A stretch of 64,000 bases of DNA from Verrucomicrobiota bacterium (GTDB lineage: Bacteria > Verrucomicrobiota > Verrucomicrobiia > Opitutales > Cerasicoccaceae): contig JBCBUK010000003.1 in assembly GCA_039818205.1 (NCBI GenBank), positions 1 through 64,000 on the forward strand, read 5' to 3'. A program made the translations under genes and the position numbers. The number at the start of each line of letters is the position of its first letter. Within the stretch, counting starts at the first letter, position 1. This document shows, one piece after another, positions 1 through 11,309 of this stretch. The notes under the pieces are model-generated. The model searched no databases. It was not told the origin of the DNA and saw only the letters and a program-made list of their open reading frames with translations.

Positions 1-353
1 TCATTTATTCAGGAACAGGGAGCATATTTTGCCCTTCATATAACCAAAGCCCCTTGGTTAAAAAGGAGATATTGGAAAGGTACAGGGAGAACTATATCGC
101 GCAGGAACTCAGGATAGGCAGAATGCTATTCGCTAGCCTGTCCGCCCCACCGGTAATCAATGATCTAGAGCATAGGGCGAGAATAATCGATTTTCTTGCT
201 TCGATGGCTGGAACGTCGAAAGAAAAAATAGAGCTTCTCCATCAAAACCGTGACCAGAGTTCGATTGAGAATTTAATTCGTGAGCGCTGGCGAAATCCTG
301 AGGAACAGGTTGCAAACTCAAGTATAGATCAGGGTCCGAAGATTGATCAATGA
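1..353 (+). CDS. 3' end of a hypothetical protein, truncated by the window start
   Basis: The frame of track ORF 54..353 is open back to position 3 (IYSGTGSIFCPSYNQSPLVKKEIL...). AT-richer than flanking genes. Confidence 0.55.
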   Translation, partial: IYSGTGSIFCPSYNQSPLVKKEILERYRENYIAQELRIGRMLFASLSAPPVINDLEHRARIIDFLASMAGTSKEKIELLHQNRDQSSIENLIRERWRNPEEQVANSSIDQGPKIDQ

Positions 354-826
354 TAGGATTTGTGAGCTCCGTGCGTATGATGATCATTTGGATGCGCGTA
401 CGTAGAGGCTCTCTTGCGGATCCGTACGAATCCGGCGAGTTCTGCATTGGGAAATGCCTTGAGAATGGTGAGAGTTATGAATGCACGGTAGTGTCCCGCT
501 TTTCACGCTAACATTTTTTAGGAAGCAGTCGGGTCAGCGTGCTGGGGGAGCAGGGCAATTTCTGCTCGTAGCAGTTGCCCCGCTGGGCGGACGAAGCATT
601 CCGCTCGTTCAGCTTCCCGCTCTTTTGGAGAGATGGATATATCCGAATTCAGACTAGTGAATTTCTTGAGTGCACGGCCTGAGCTATTCGAAAAGTGTTA
701 CGGCGCAGTTCCCGGGAAGAGAAAAGACACTGTATTATGTTGAAAGCCAGCTTCCAAAGAGATGAACTAACGTAAACAACGGCCTGGGTGAAGCCCGATA
801 TCATTTCAGCGTTAGGAGAAAGGCAT

Positions 827-1597
827 ATGAGAAATACATTTCCACTCGATCAAGGTGAGATCAAGAAGCGCCGGTTGGCAAGTTTTGCCAAATCGAACGT
901 TTGTCTGGCAGCTGGAATCCTCGGTGTCACGGTTCTATTGTCTCCAATTGCTGCGCTAGGCAAAGTTGCTCTGGTTATCGGTGGTGCCTATGGCCTCCGA
1001 TGGGTTTGGAAACTTCAGAAGGACAAGCTAGAAGCGAATGTTCTCCGTGAACTCATTGAAGAGAGCAACAAGATGCAAGATGATGCCCTCAAGGCGGCGA
1101 TGAAAGAGTTACAGGCGTCCGGGCGGAGCAATTATTCAGTTACTCTTGGGCGCTTCTTGGTGTTGAAGCAGGCTATCGAAAGAAAAATTCACGAAGATTC
1201 TAAAATCACTCCGGAAAAAACAGAGATTGAGAATCTGGTTGATGAGATTTCATTTAGCGTGAAGGAGAACATTTTTAAGATCGTCAAGATCGAGGAAAGA
1301 ACCGCGTCGATTCTGGTCTCTCCAAATGCTGATGAGTTAATTGAAACGGACAACGTTCGTCGAAAGTATTTGCGACAGATTGTGAACGCATTCGATACGC
1401 TAAACGATACCTACATCAATTTGGAGACGCTGTTGAGGCCGGGAAGGTTCAAGGAGAGTCCGGAAGATCCAGTGGACTCCGTGATTGAAAAGCTTCGAGT
1501 TGAGAATGAATTAGCTAAGACCGTGGAGGAGCGTTTAGATTTCGAGTTTCCGGTTGATGATGATCCTGTGCGCGATCGAGATGTGCTACCGGAATAG
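827..1597 (+). CDS. Hypothetical membrane protein with two N-terminal TM helices and a helical/coiled-coil C-terminus
   Basis: 269-aa track ORF from 788; ATG at 827 follows AGGAGAAAGG; hydrophobic hairpin followed by a charged helical region. Confidence 0.75.
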   Translation: MRNTFPLDQGEIKKRRLASFAKSNVCLAAGILGVTVLLSPIAALGKVALVIGGAYGLRWVWKLQKDKLEANVLRELIEESNKMQDDALKAAMKELQASGRSNYSVTLGRFLVLKQAIERKIHEDSKITPEKTEIENLVDEISFSVKENIFKIVKIEERTASILVSPNADELIETDNVRRKYLRQIVNAFDTLNDTYINLETLLRPGRFKESPEDPVDSVIEKLRVENELAKTVEERLDFEFPVDDDPVRDRDVLPE

Positions 1598-1685
1598 GGT
1601 TCTGAATTGGGCTTGGCTCTCGTCACCCGAAAGTCGTTCGTCGTTCGGACGGCGGCCAGCTCCGCCTTAGGCAAGAGACGGAAGA

Positions 1686-1724
1686 GGGCATCATCGAGGC
1701 TCCCGTAACGGCTCGATGATGCCC
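1686..1724. terminator. 13-bp perfect hairpin between convergent genes
   Basis: GGGCATCATCGAG-N13-CTCGATGATGCCC; no clear U-tract. Confidence 0.5.
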
Positions 1725-1775
1725 GCAGCACCTATAGGCTTTTAACGGCTCCGGCCCGTGCGGGCCAGCGGCTCC

Positions 1776-2522
1776 TTAACCTTCCGAAAGATCGGCTTCA
1801 ACCACGCCGTTGGCGAAGCCAGCATAAGCCCCTCCGATCTGTTTGGCCATGCTGTCGGGATAGACATGGAAACCGTCACCTGCCAGCGCTTCTATGATCG
1901 CCTCGGGAACCAACTGCGGGGGTTCGGCAATCTCGGTCAATCCAGCGGCATCGCCCATCTCTGTCGCGATCGGACCGGGATGGACGCTCAGCACCCGAGT
2001 ACCTTGTTCACGAAGAAGCCAATGAAGTGATTGGGAAATCGAGTAGGCTGCTGCCTTCGAAGCGGAATAGGTTCCGAAATCAGGAAAGGTCTTCATCGAA
2101 ACCACCGAATTCATCTGGACCAAGGCTCCTCCTCCATTTCGCTTCAAAATCGGAGCAAAGGCCTGAGCCACGCGGACCAATCCATAAAGATTGACGTTTA
2201 GCTCAAAGTCGAGCGAGTCGAAGGTGTCTTCGGAGAGCGCGGTACTAGTTCTCAAAACCCCTCCATTGTTGATGACGATGTCCACGTCGCCCGCCTGAAG
2301 CGCGGCCGCATTCACTGACTCCGTACTGGCGAGGTCGAGGGCCACCGGGACCACCCGTTCACCGTATTTCTCCACAAGAGCCGATGCTGAATCCGGATCA
2401 CGGACTGCAGCGTAGACTTTGGTGGCTCCCCGATCGAGGAAGGTTTCGGCAATTACTCGCCCAATGCCGCGATTAGCACCGGTGATAAGGACGTTTTTGT
2501 TTTCTATGCTTGTTGTATTCAT
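1776..2522 (-). CDS. SDR family oxidoreductase
   Basis: TGANRGIG Rossmann motif, NNGG (NNAG-like), catalytic YSASK. Confidence 0.95.
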   Translation of the reverse strand: MNTTSIENKNVLITGANRGIGRVIAETFLDRGATKVYAAVRDPDSASALVEKYGERVVPVALDLASTESVNAAALQAGDVDIVINNGGVLRTSTALSEDTFDSLDFELNVNLYGLVRVAQAFAPILKRNGGGALVQMNSVVSMKTFPDFGTYSASKAAAYSISQSLHWLLREQGTRVLSVHPGPIATEMGDAAGLTEIAEPPQLVPEAIIEALAGDGFHVYPDSMAKQIGGAYAGFANGVVEADLSEG

Positions 2523-2550
2523 GGTCTTCTCGTGTGTTTTTGGTTTAAAT

Positions 2551-2566
2551 TAGACCGAACGGTCTA
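2551..2566. promoter_or_regulatory. TetR (NemR-type) operator upstream of the SDR gene
   Basis: TAGACC-GAAC-GGTCTA matches the NemR box TAGACCnnnnGGTCTA. Confidence 0.8.
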
Positions 2567-2583
2567 GGATGTTGGCAAAAAAA

Positions 2584-3174
2584 TCAACTAGGCTTCAATA
2601 GGCTGATCGCGCTTCGAACTGTTCCTTTGAGGACTTCGTCCGAGCGTTGAACTCTGCCGACCAGGGCCAGCCCTTGAGTTAGGCAGACGAGCATCTTGGC
2701 CGCTTCTGAAACATTGAGGTCGGCCCGCACCTCGTTATCCTTCCGGGCCTGATTGAGGACATCAAAAAAGATTCCTTCCATGTGCCGAAGCTTCTGCGCA
2801 AGAATCGCTGCGACTTGCTCGTCGTTGGTATCGAAGTCGGCGACGTTATTGCCGATCAGGCAGCCAACGCTTCCCGGATTGGAATGCTGATCTGCCCACA
2901 GATCGAGTAATTCGACGAGGTTCCCGAATGCCGATCCCTCCCTTTTTAAGCGCTGTTCAATCTCGCTCGCAACCTTCTCAGAGTAGAGCTCCAGGGCTTG
3001 CAGGAAAAGCGCCCGCTTGTTGCCGAAGGTATCGTAAAGGCTCTTCTTTCCAATGCCCATCCGTCGAATCAACTCGGAGAGGGAAGCCGCCTCATAGCCT
3101 CGCGCCCAGAATACCTCCATCGCCGCGGTCAGCGCGACGTCGGTATCAAATTGCTTCTCGGGACCAGGCTTCAT
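2584..3174 (-). CDS. TetR/AcrR family regulator, NemR/ComR-like
   Basis: N-terminal HTH (FWARGYEAASLSELIRRMGIGKKSLYDTFGNK), GCLIGN motif. Likely leaderless ATG at 3174; the track starts at 3192. Confidence 0.93.
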   Translation of the reverse strand: MKPGPEKQFDTDVALTAAMEVFWARGYEAASLSELIRRMGIGKKSLYDTFGNKRALFLQALELYSEKVASEIEQRLKREGSAFGNLVELLDLWADQHSNPGSVGCLIGNNVADFDTNDEQVAAILAQKLRHMEGIFFDVLNQARKDNEVRADLNVSEAAKMLVCLTQGLALVGRVQRSDEVLKGTVRSAISLLKPS

Positions 3175-3193
3175 GGCGTTAACTCTAGCCACT

Positions 3194-3209
3194 TAGACCG
3201 TTCGGTCAA
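3194..3209. promoter_or_regulatory. TetR autoregulatory operator overlapping a sigma70-type promoter
   Basis: TAGACC-GTTC-GGTCAA (one mismatch to the palindrome). Minus strand reads TTGACC-N16-TAGAGT-N7-ATG. Confidence 0.75.
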
Positions 3210-3450
3210 GGTTTTTATTTTAGAATTATTTTTCGAGTACGCGCGCTAGGAGGAAGATCCGTGGAAGTTCTGGCTGAGCCCATCACACTGGCCCAATGTC
3301 GCTGAGCGGTTTCTCGGTCAATGATACCCGAAAACCACATGAAAAAGGCCGTCGCACGAACGAACAGATCGTTCACAGTCTTTACGCCGGCGAATGTATT
3401 ACCATCGAAGCCGCCTGCCGAGGGCAAGGTATGGGCATGCAGCACTAGCT

Positions 3451-4563
3451 CTATTCGAAGGTCAGATAGATGGGTTTCGTAACCGGCCCAAGCGGAAGGT
3501 CTTGATTTGCTGGGTCGATAACTGCGGCGACGATCGCGAGGCTCAGTTTGTCTTCGTCGATGCTAAACGGCTTCGTTGGATCTGCGCTAAAGCTATAATC
3601 CTTAACGCTAGTGAAATCAAACTTGTCCGTAATGTCGATCGGTTCACCAGTCATGTCGAGATCAGCAAATTGGAATTCAACGGCGTTATTCGCCGGGAAC
3701 GGCTCTCGGCGAAGCGCTTCGAGCTGATGGTGCAGCTTTTCGTTGTAGGCCGTAACGGGTTGAATAAATCCTTTCGCAATGACCACGCGGACCTGTTGCC
3801 CTTTGGTGCCTGAAACGGTGATTTTAGGACCCCCATGTGAATAGGTGCCTACGGAGCCTGGTTTCAATCCATTGACCGTTAGTTTGGCCTGAGCGTCGCG
3901 CGGTTGTTGAGACGCAATGCCTTGTGAGCCCGCCTGGTTTGCGGTTGAGAATAATTGTCCCTTGGCTTTGGTGCCGTCGTCAAATGTTACGACAAAGGTT
4001 GAGCCAATCAACTCAGCGCCGGAGACTCCGCCCACATCCCACTTTGGCACTGCAGCTTGATCGAGGGGGTACTTCTTGGTGCCTGCTATTGAGTTCGGAT
4101 CCATGTCGACCGAGAAGCCAAGGGTCTCTCCCGGGTTAAACCCGTTGTCCTTTTCTGGATCAAATATGATGCCTAAGCCTCGATAGCCCTTGGTGCCGCC
4201 TTCGCCAATGTAAGATTTCTTATGGGAATCGGGAGGAACCACTCCGGTCGACTCGTCCTTGTTCATTTGAAGGGGTTTCGCCGCACTGTCTCCGGCGATG
4301 CCTTCGGGGTCGAAGACGGAATCCGGAAAGAGCGCATTCGAGACATCCATTTTGAACTCGATGATTTTTTTGGTCCCCGTGTTCGATAGCTGGAACGAGT
4401 TCTTCCCGTAGTTTGACTGCTGAACCTTGTCCGACCACGGCATGATTTTTAGAACCGCTTCGCCAGTAGCGTCAGTCGTTCCCGTGGCTTTGTGGCCATC
4501 TTGGTCAGCGGCTGCGGCGCTACTTAAAAGTATCAAAAGTGACAGGTGGAAAAATAACTTCAT
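3451..4563 (-). CDS. Secreted hypothetical protein, beta-rich
   Basis: Sec signal peptide MKLFFHLSLLILLSSAAAA; Gly/Asp/Pro-rich beta-type sequence. Confidence 0.8.
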   Translation of the reverse strand: MKLFFHLSLLILLSSAAAADQDGHKATGTTDATGEAVLKIMPWSDKVQQSNYGKNSFQLSNTGTKKIIEFKMDVSNALFPDSVFDPEGIAGDSAAKPLQMNKDESTGVVPPDSHKKSYIGEGGTKGYRGLGIIFDPEKDNGFNPGETLGFSVDMDPNSIAGTKKYPLDQAAVPKWDVGGVSGAELIGSTFVVTFDDGTKAKGQLFSTANQAGSQGIASQQPRDAQAKLTVNGLKPGSVGTYSHGGPKITVSGTKGQQVRVVIAKGFIQPVTAYNEKLHHQLEALRREPFPANNAVEFQFADLDMTGEPIDITDKFDFTSVKDYSFSADPTKPFSIDEDKLSLAIVAAVIDPANQDLPLGPVTKPIYLTFE

Positions 4564-4950
4564 GGCAGTCTGGTTTTCGATAGGTGGAGTGGACGTTTTT
4601 GATGAGCTGGATGCTCGACTAAGAGTTTAAGCAAGAGTCGCAATAGGCATGCTATGTGTGACACGCCATGATTTGGGTATGTATCAATAATTCGACGAGC
4701 GTAAACAAGATTCGGATTGTTGAGTCCCTCCAGTTCTGGGGGGACCGATGAATAAACGGCTCGATGGGTAATCGCTGGCAAATGGGCATACCAGTCGTGT
4801 GACGCAGCTCGAATCGCGTCGTTGTTCGAGCACGGGCCTGGAAGCCGTCACGTTCGCCTCGATGGTGTCTTCGCAACGACTTTCAACCATGCGAGAAAGT
4901 CCATATTTCTTGTCTTCCTGTTGCTGAGCGGGAGCGGGCTTCTTTAAAAC

Positions 4951-7900
4951 CTACTCGTTGTAGATCCTAACCTCGTAGATCCGGGCCGACTTATCACCAT
5001 TTGTGGCGGTGGCCAGCAGTTTCACCTTTGAGATGTCCATCTGATCGAAGCGGTGAATGCGGCGACGTTGGTAATTGTTTTTGACCCGATCGATAGTTTT
5101 CCAATCTGATCCGTCGAAGATCTGAAGCTCGTAGTCGCGCACAACTTCCGGCGGCATCCGATCTTCGGGGAGGAACTCCCATGATGAGTGGCGTTGGTCA
5201 TTCAGGTCGGTGTCAAATGTCAGGTAGATGGCGTTGGCTGCTTGCGGTTCATCCATCTCGATTTGCAACCATTGCGGCATGGGTTGTTCGGGATCGGAAG
5301 CCCACATGTGCATCTCTTCTCCAACAATACGCGATACTCCGCTAGTGACGTTTGCTGCGGTATAGGCTGGTGACTTCTCGCTGGAGGCTGTGATGTTGGT
5401 ACTTCGGGCGAGGTCTGCTTCGTCTTCGTTTTTGAACCCGATAATGTATTGATCATCTTTGAGGAGCTGTTGTTGCAGCTCCTTGATGTGGTTCTGGTAG
5501 AGTTCCCGTGGGTCGATTCCCTTTTCGGCGCATATCGCCGCAGCGGTGCCCGCGGCCTGGCCCAACACACCAGTTGTCCCTTGAACACGAACGTTGCCCA
5601 GAGCGGTATGTGTGCATGAAACATTGCGCCCCGCGAAAAGTAGATTTTCGATATTCTTCGAATAGAGAATGCGGAAGGGGAGACGATTAAGCGGTGCCAT
5701 TGTGTTAAAGTCGAACGGGCCATCTTCAGAAAAAATCCCCTTGGGGTGATGGATGTCCAGAGACCATCCACCGGTAGCGATTGCATCGGGAAATGGCTCC
5801 GGCTTGAGCACATCGTGCTCCGTCAGAATGTGATCTCCAACGAGTCGGCGTGTTTCACGTTTGGCGTTACCGATCGGTAGAATCGTCATTTTGTAGTGGG
5901 TCGCTTTATCTTTCAGAGACGAATAGTTCTTAACCCAGTTCCAATAGCTCAGGTTCAACCGCAGCAATTGGTCACGCGCGTTTTCGGGATCCCAGAGGTC
6001 GTCCACTCGGTTGTCGTTTTCGTGCCACCAGCGCCCGTAGGTATGGCTTCCTTCGAAGTCATTGCGCGCCTCAATGTTTTTCCCATTGGGGCGGAGGTCC
6101 CAAAGCCATTCTGGCCCGGTGTATGGCTGAGCTTCCTTCATCTTCTTGGTGTTGTAGCTAAGCGTATGGCCAGTCATGATGCACCCGCTCATGGTGATGT
6201 TGTCCGCGAACTCCGGGGCGTGGGTTTCTCCAAATTCGGAGCTGGCTTCCCGGCCAATTCGATATTGAGCGCCAGCATAGTAGCCGAGCCAACCGTCACC
6301 TGTGCAGTCGATGAATTGATCTGCCGTATACCGGGTGCGGCTGCCATCGATCATGTTGAATGCTCTGACCGCCTTGATTCGATGGCCATCCCGCTCCACT
6401 TCATTGACATGGGTGTTTAGGAATATTGTCAGATTCGGTTCTTTGGCGGCGATGATTTCTGCTCCTTGGCTCCATTTGCCATGGAAGTTGTAGGCACGTT
6501 CACGTCCAATCTCTTCATTGAGTCCGCTTTCGCGAGAAACTGGATGGCCATGATTGGCCGGGCCGGAAACGATCACTCCGAGTTCGAGGCTGTTGTTTCC
6601 TCCAATCATCGGACGATCTTGGATCAGCGCGGTTTTAGCGCCGGTGCGAGCCGAGGCAATCGCGGCATTAATTCCGGCGACACCAGCTCCAACAACCACT
6701 ACGTCAAAGTTGCCCATGTCTTTCGCGGCGGTTGAGGCTCCAGTGTAGCGAGCTCGCTCTATCTTGTAGGCGGTCACATCACTAGACGGTTGGTAATCCA
6801 TGTCCTGGGTCAGAACGATTGCGTCACAGCGCCCATAGAAGCCGGTGAGATCTTTCAGGGCCAAATGAAGCTCGCCCGCCGCCAGCGTATGGGTTCCGCC
6901 ATCTTCCCAAACCCATTGTCCGCTTGGGCCTGCTCCGAATACTTTTTCCAGGGAATGATCGCCTAGAACTATTTGAAATTTTCCTGGCGCATGCTCGTCG
7001 AGCCAGTTGCGTGTGCGCACCCACAGTTGATAGGTTCCCGGTTCTGGCACGTTGATTGTTGTGCTAGCGTCTTCAACGGGATTGCCAATGCCTGCGGCTA
7101 ATAGATATGGCGAGCCCATCTGAGGAACGAACTGCGTGTCCATCCACCAGCCGCCATAGTCATCGAAATCTTCAGCATCGATCCAGAGTGTGCCAGGGAC
7201 CACGGCTTTCGCCTGGCGCTTCTTGGTCTTGGAGAAATACCCCGCAAAGTTACTGGCCTCACGCTCGATCTCATATTTGCCATCATGGTAAGAGTTGTAG
7301 ATGATCTCAGCTGGCACTGCGGTTGCGGTAACTTGCGCTTCGTCAATGGTGCCGGAGAGCGGATGCCGCTGCTTTACTGAGCCCGCATACAAGGGGGATT
7401 TGCTGATCGAAATCTGTTTCGGAGAATCGAGTTTCAGTTCGTTGTCGAGTTCGCCGTTCACAAACAGTTTCATGGTCTGACCATCAAAGGTCCCGCCGAT
7501 GTGTTGCCATTGCCCATTGGGCCAAGAGGACTCGTTTGACGAGACTGTCTTCTGCTTGCCATCGAACCAAAGCGTAAAAGAAACCGCTTTCTTGGGGCCG
7601 AAATGCAATGCATAGGCTCCTTGTTTGGCTAAAATTGTAGGCTTCTCGGGGAAACGTGGTGCCCATGGCTTTACCCAAGCTTCCAGAGTTATCTCGTCTT
7701 GGATGTCCAGGCTAGCATCGTTGCCGAAATCAACAAAGCCGCCCCGTTCGATCTGCAAAGCAGAGTTGCGAACACCTGCTTTCCAGCTCGCTTTCCTCAG
7801 TGCGCCGTCATTGGTGTTTTCGGAACTATCGGTAACGATCATCTCGGTACCGTCGTCGAAATGCCACTGACCCCGAATATCGAGGTCGTCAGATGCCAAC

Positions 7901-7965
7901 CCCGTGAGGGTCAACATGAGTGCAGTTACAAGGGAGAATGTGATTTCGGAAAATCTGGTCTTCAT
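4951..7965 (-). CDS. Secreted FAD-dependent oxidoreductase with N-terminal LamG-like and C-terminal discoidin (F5/8)-like domains
   Basis: Signal peptide from ATG 7965; LamG motifs ([15 protein letters not shown]); FAD motif [28 protein letters not shown]; terminal ARIYEVRIY. Confidence 0.88.
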   Translation of the reverse strand: MKTRFSEITFSLVTALMLTLTGLASDDLDIRGQWHFDDGTEMIVTDSSENTNDGALRKASWKAGVRNSALQIERGGFVDFGNDASLDIQDEITLEAWVKPWAPRFPEKPTILAKQGAYALHFGPKKAVSFTLWFDGKQKTVSSNESSWPNGQWQHIGGTFDGQTMKLFVNGELDNELKLDSPKQISISKSPLYAGSVKQRHPLSGTIDEAQVTATAVPAEIIYNSYHDGKYEIEREASNFAGYFSKTKKRQAKAVVPGTLWIDAEDFDDYGGWWMDTQFVPQMGSPYLLAAGIGNPVEDASTTINVPEPGTYQLWVRTRNWLDEHAPGKFQIVLGDHSLEKVFGAGPSGQWVWEDGGTHTLAAGELHLALKDLTGFYGRCDAIVLTQDMDYQPSSDVTAYKIERARYTGASTAAKDMGNFDVVVVGAGVAGINAAIASARTGAKTALIQDRPMIGGNNSLELGVIVSGPANHGHPVSRESGLNEEIGRERAYNFHGKWSQGAEIIAAKEPNLTIFLNTHVNEVERDGHRIKAVRAFNMIDGSRTRYTADQFIDCTGDGWLGYYAGAQYRIGREASSEFGETHAPEFADNITMSGCIMTGHTLSYNTKKMKEAQPYTGPEWLWDLRPNGKNIEARNDFEGSHTYGRWWHENDNRVDDLWDPENARDQLLRLNLSYWNWVKNYSSLKDKATHYKMTILPIGNAKRETRRLVGDHILTEHDVLKPEPFPDAIATGGWSLDIHHPKGIFSEDGPFDFNTMAPLNRLPFRILYSKNIENLLFAGRNVSCTHTALGNVRVQGTTGVLGQAAGTAAAICAEKGIDPRELYQNHIKELQQQLLKDDQYIIGFKNEDEADLARSTNITASSEKSPAYTAANVTSGVSRIVGEEMHMWASDPEQPMPQWLQIEMDEPQAANAIYLTFDTDLNDQRHSSWEFLPEDRMPPEVVRDYELQIFDGSDWKTIDRVKNNYQRRRIHRFDQMDISKVKLLATATNGDKSARIYEVRIYNE

Positions 7966-8281
7966 GATACTGGGTGCGCGGGGGCAACGGTAAGATTTCG
8001 AGCGACCATGATACATCCAATAGACGGAATGTGCTACATCCGTTCGCGTAGATATATGTGGCAACTTGCGCCAAATTTCTTTGTCCCTGGATCCTCCACT
8101 AAGCTATTTTCCAGTAGCTCGGTGGGTGCACCGCACGACCCGAACGCGTATCGTGTAGCCGCCTCCGGTGAGCGTTCTCGAATGACTTGCCCTCGGATTA
8201 ATCGATGATCAGGCAAGGCATCGAGGGCGCATGATAACGATGGCCAATTCTTGAACGATGGACGGGGCTCTTTCCCCGCAA

Positions 8282-8749
8282 TTAATCGACCGATTGGCGA
8301 AAGTCTGGGCGGCGAATCGTTCCGCCCGAGTCAGCGATATAAACGCCCACCGCAACCGCGATGACACAAAAGAGGATAACCGCGATGGTGGCGTAGGGAA
8401 GCCAGGCTTGTTTCTTCCATGCGATGAGTAGAGCCGTGATAGAGACCACCGCTAAAAGATAGAGGAGCTTCGACCAATCGTGAGCAACATGCTCATGGTG
8501 CTCCAAGGCGTCATGCGCATCGGCATCCAGTAGGGGAGCGATCGGCCCATTTTCATACCGTTCATAGGCGTCCTCACCGGATCCCATGACGACTCCCGTT
8601 ATCAACGCACCAATCAGAGCAATGATGACACCGCTGATCTGCGTGGTTCGATTCTTCGTAACCAATCCGATTATCAGTGGCACGAGTGCGGCCAGTGGAA
8701 AAAGGAAGACAAAGTGATTCAGCGCAAGGTGAAGCTTCTCGGGAGTCAT
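8282..8749 (-). CDS. DUF2231-like four-TM membrane protein
   Basis: HLALNHF N-terminal motif, EHHE, C-terminal SGGTIRRP. Confidence 0.7.
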   Translation of the reverse strand: MTPEKLHLALNHFVFLFPLAALVPLIIGLVTKNRTTQISGVIIALIGALITGVVMGSGEDAYERYENGPIAPLLDADAHDALEHHEHVAHDWSKLLYLLAVVSITALLIAWKKQAWLPYATIAVILFCVIAVAVGVYIADSGGTIRRPDFRQSVD

Positions 8750-8858
8750 GGGATCAGGTGAGTATCATCTGTTGTCTTGGAGAACAATGCCAATTGTTAG
8801 GATGGTTTAGGGCGGCAGCCGCGTTCGGCATGGCGACCAGAATGCTCAGTCGATTCGG

Positions 8859-11093
8859 CTAGAAGTCGAAACGCGCACCGGCGTAAAACGTCCGCCCATC
8901 AAGAGGCTCGATGCCACCGCTTCCGCCGCGAACCCGCGAGTAGTATTGCTCGTCGAATACGTTGCTCACCCCGCCTAGAATCGTAAAGTCGCCGACCCCG
9001 TCGATGGAGAACGCGTCGATCTCAACCGTCAGATCCCAGACAATATAGGCGGGAATGACGGTCGGGTTCACCGTAGGCAGCGCTGGGGCACCAAGGTTGC
9101 CGGTGTTGTTGTTGGCGTCGTTCCAAAACTGCTCATCGACGAATTGCCCGGTAAACGCGAGCTTAAGCTGGTCCTGCCAATCCCAGACGACCCCGGTTTT
9201 AACCAGGTAGTCGGGCGAATAGCTGGGACGGTTACCATTGAATTGTCCGCTGGTGAATTCGGCGTTTAGCAGTTGGACGTTCGCAAATAAGGTTAGGTCT
9301 CCGAATGACTCGCGCAGGTGGGAGCCTTGTTGGGCATCGATAAACGCCGTAAGGCTTAGGTCAACCGCAGCCTCGGCTCCATAGTATAGTGCGTCTCCAG
9401 CGTTGTTTACGAGCGTGTTGCCAGCACCGAGATTCAAGGTTTCCACGATGCCGGTGTTGAAGTTGACGAATACGCTGGCGTCGTAGGCAAACCATGAACT
9501 GTAGCTGCCACGTGCTCCGAGTTCGCCCTGGTAGTTGTAGGCAACGCTGGAATCGGCATTACGTACGCGAGTGCTTGTCGGGTTGCCAATGTCAGTATAC
9601 AGTTTTGGCGTGTAGGAGGTCGCGAAGCTCGTATAGATTTGGTTGGTGTTGAACACGTCGTAGGTTAAACCGAGTGAGCCCAAGGGGGCGACCGACGTGA
9701 TCGTTTCGTCAAACAATGGCCGATTAAAAGTTCCGGTTATTGGATTGATTGCGCCGAAGTTGAAGTCCTCGCGGGTGCTGATCGTCGGGAGGTCCAAGCG
9801 GAACGCTGGAATGACTGCCAGGTCGCCGAAGCGAAAAATGTTTTCAGCAAAGGCGGCTCCGTAGATTGTTTCACTTTGAACCTCAAAGACTGCTGTGCCG
9901 GTGATTCCCGTTCCGACACCATTTTCCCGGCGATTCGGTGCTTGTGCATAGTAGAAGGTGATGCCCGCGGTGAAAGTGTTGATACCATCGGTGAAGCTGG
10001 TTTCATAGTCCTTGCGCAAGCGAGCATCGAGACCAGTGAAGTAAAACTCCCTCTTATCAAGATTCGTGTAGGGAATCGCTGAGGTCGGTGCAGCAAATGG
10101 TGGTGAAGGACGATAGAAAACCGTACTGCCACTGGCGCGACGGGAAAAGCGATCCTGGTAGCCCGTCCATGCTTTCACATCAATCAAGCCGTCTTCGATT
10201 TCATACTGATAGTTGAGGGACGGGTAGTAGCGCTTGATCCAGATCCGGTCGATGGCACGCGTCGTGATGGTTGGGTCGACTTGGAACTGAAAAGCGGTCA
10301 ACCGTCCGGGCTCGCCGATGTTGGCATCGTAGGCATCGAAGTACACATAGATGCGTTGGCGCTCATCAATTTGATAGGCCGCGCTCGCGCTGCCGGAGAG
10401 GGTGCGATAGTCGGCGTTATTGCGAACGCCGTTGGCCCCGCGGGCGGCGAAATCAACGCCGTAACCCCAAGGGCCTTTCGTACCACTGGCTTCGATATAA
10501 GTTGAATAGGCGCCGTAGCTGCCTCCAGTGCCCTGCACAGAACCGCCCAGTTCCGTGTCGGTTCGCGGGTTCTTCGTAATGTAGTTGATGACCGGCCCTG
10601 GTTGCGGTCCGTAGAGTAGGGCACCGCCGCCGCGGATAAACTCAATGCGTTCAACGGATTCAATTGGCGGAATGTAGTAAACCGTGGGGTAGCCAAACCA
10701 GTCGCTTGAAACAGGAATTCCGTCCTTGAGCGTGAGGACGGAAACGGATTCGTGGGGATCTCCGATGCCGCGGTAGCTGATATTTATCCGGGCGGGAATT
10801 GGCTCTTCAGCCACGTTCAATCCTGGAGTGGTAATGAATGCCTCGCGCAGATTGTTTTGCACGATCTCAGGCATTTCCTCAAGAGCGACGTTGGTGGTTT
10901 TCTTGGCACCATAGATTTTGGCTCCATCAATTTCGGGAAGGAATAACTCGCTGCTCGGGGCAACTGGTGCCTCCATCACCACTTCCTCAAGTTCTTGAAT
11001 GGGTTCTTGGTAATCGGTTTGCGCTAGGCAGGCGTGTTGGGCAAGGAAAAGCGAGGCTCCAGCGGTGACTGAAGTCTTTACCGTTTTTAACAT
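8859..11093 (-). CDS. TonB-dependent receptor, FecA-like
   Basis: Plug motifs (LKDGIPV, IERIEFIRGGGALLYG-like, PVINYITK); C-terminal NVFDEQYY...GARFDF with terminal Phe. Confidence 0.92.
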   Translation of the reverse strand: MLKTVKTSVTAGASLFLAQHACLAQTDYQEPIQELEEVVMEAPVAPSSELFLPEIDGAKIYGAKKTTNVALEEMPEIVQNNLREAFITTPGLNVAEEPIPARINISYRGIGDPHESVSVLTLKDGIPVSSDWFGYPTVYYIPPIESVERIEFIRGGGALLYGPQPGPVINYITKNPRTDTELGGSVQGTGGSYGAYSTYIEASGTKGPWGYGVDFAARGANGVRNNADYRTLSGSASAAYQIDERQRIYVYFDAYDANIGEPGRLTAFQFQVDPTITTRAIDRIWIKRYYPSLNYQYEIEDGLIDVKAWTGYQDRFSRRASGSTVFYRPSPPFAAPTSAIPYTNLDKREFYFTGLDARLRKDYETSFTDGINTFTAGITFYYAQAPNRRENGVGTGITGTAVFEVQSETIYGAAFAENIFRFGDLAVIPAFRLDLPTISTREDFNFGAINPITGTFNRPLFDETITSVAPLGSLGLTYDVFNTNQIYTSFATSYTPKLYTDIGNPTSTRVRNADSSVAYNYQGELGARGSYSSWFAYDASVFVNFNTGIVETLNLGAGNTLVNNAGDALYYGAEAAVDLSLTAFIDAQQGSHLRESFGDLTLFANVQLLNAEFTSGQFNGNRPSYSPDYLVKTGVVWDWQDQLKLAFTGQFVDEQFWNDANNNTGNLGAPALPTVNPTVIPAYIVWDLTVEIDAFSIDGVGDFTILGGVSNVFDEQYYSRVRGGSGGIEPLDGRTFYAGARFDF

Positions 11094-11309
11094 AGATTAA
11101 AAAGTCATTAAGAGTGTTGCGTAAGTCTATATACTACAGGGGCTAGTGGTATATCCTATTAATCTCGTCAAGTCTTAGTCAAACCCGTGTGTTTTTTTAC
11201 GAATCTTTAGGGTGTATGGTTCTTTAGCGAATCGACGAGGCTAAAAATGGCTTCCCAAGGATCGGCAAAGCTTGACCCTGGCTTCATTTCGCGACCTTGT
11301 CGGCCGGAC

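Noticed and set aside
354..826. Integron attC site or ncRNA after the AT-rich first gene
   Set aside because: No paired R'/R'' boxes or convincing secondary structure were found.
3215..3445. 76-aa minus-strand ORF
   Set aside because: No recognisable motif, weak start, and it ends next to the TetR promoter.
11094..11309. Fur-like box at the TonB receptor promoter
   Set aside because: Best alignment to the 22-bp consensus is weak, with under half the positions matching.
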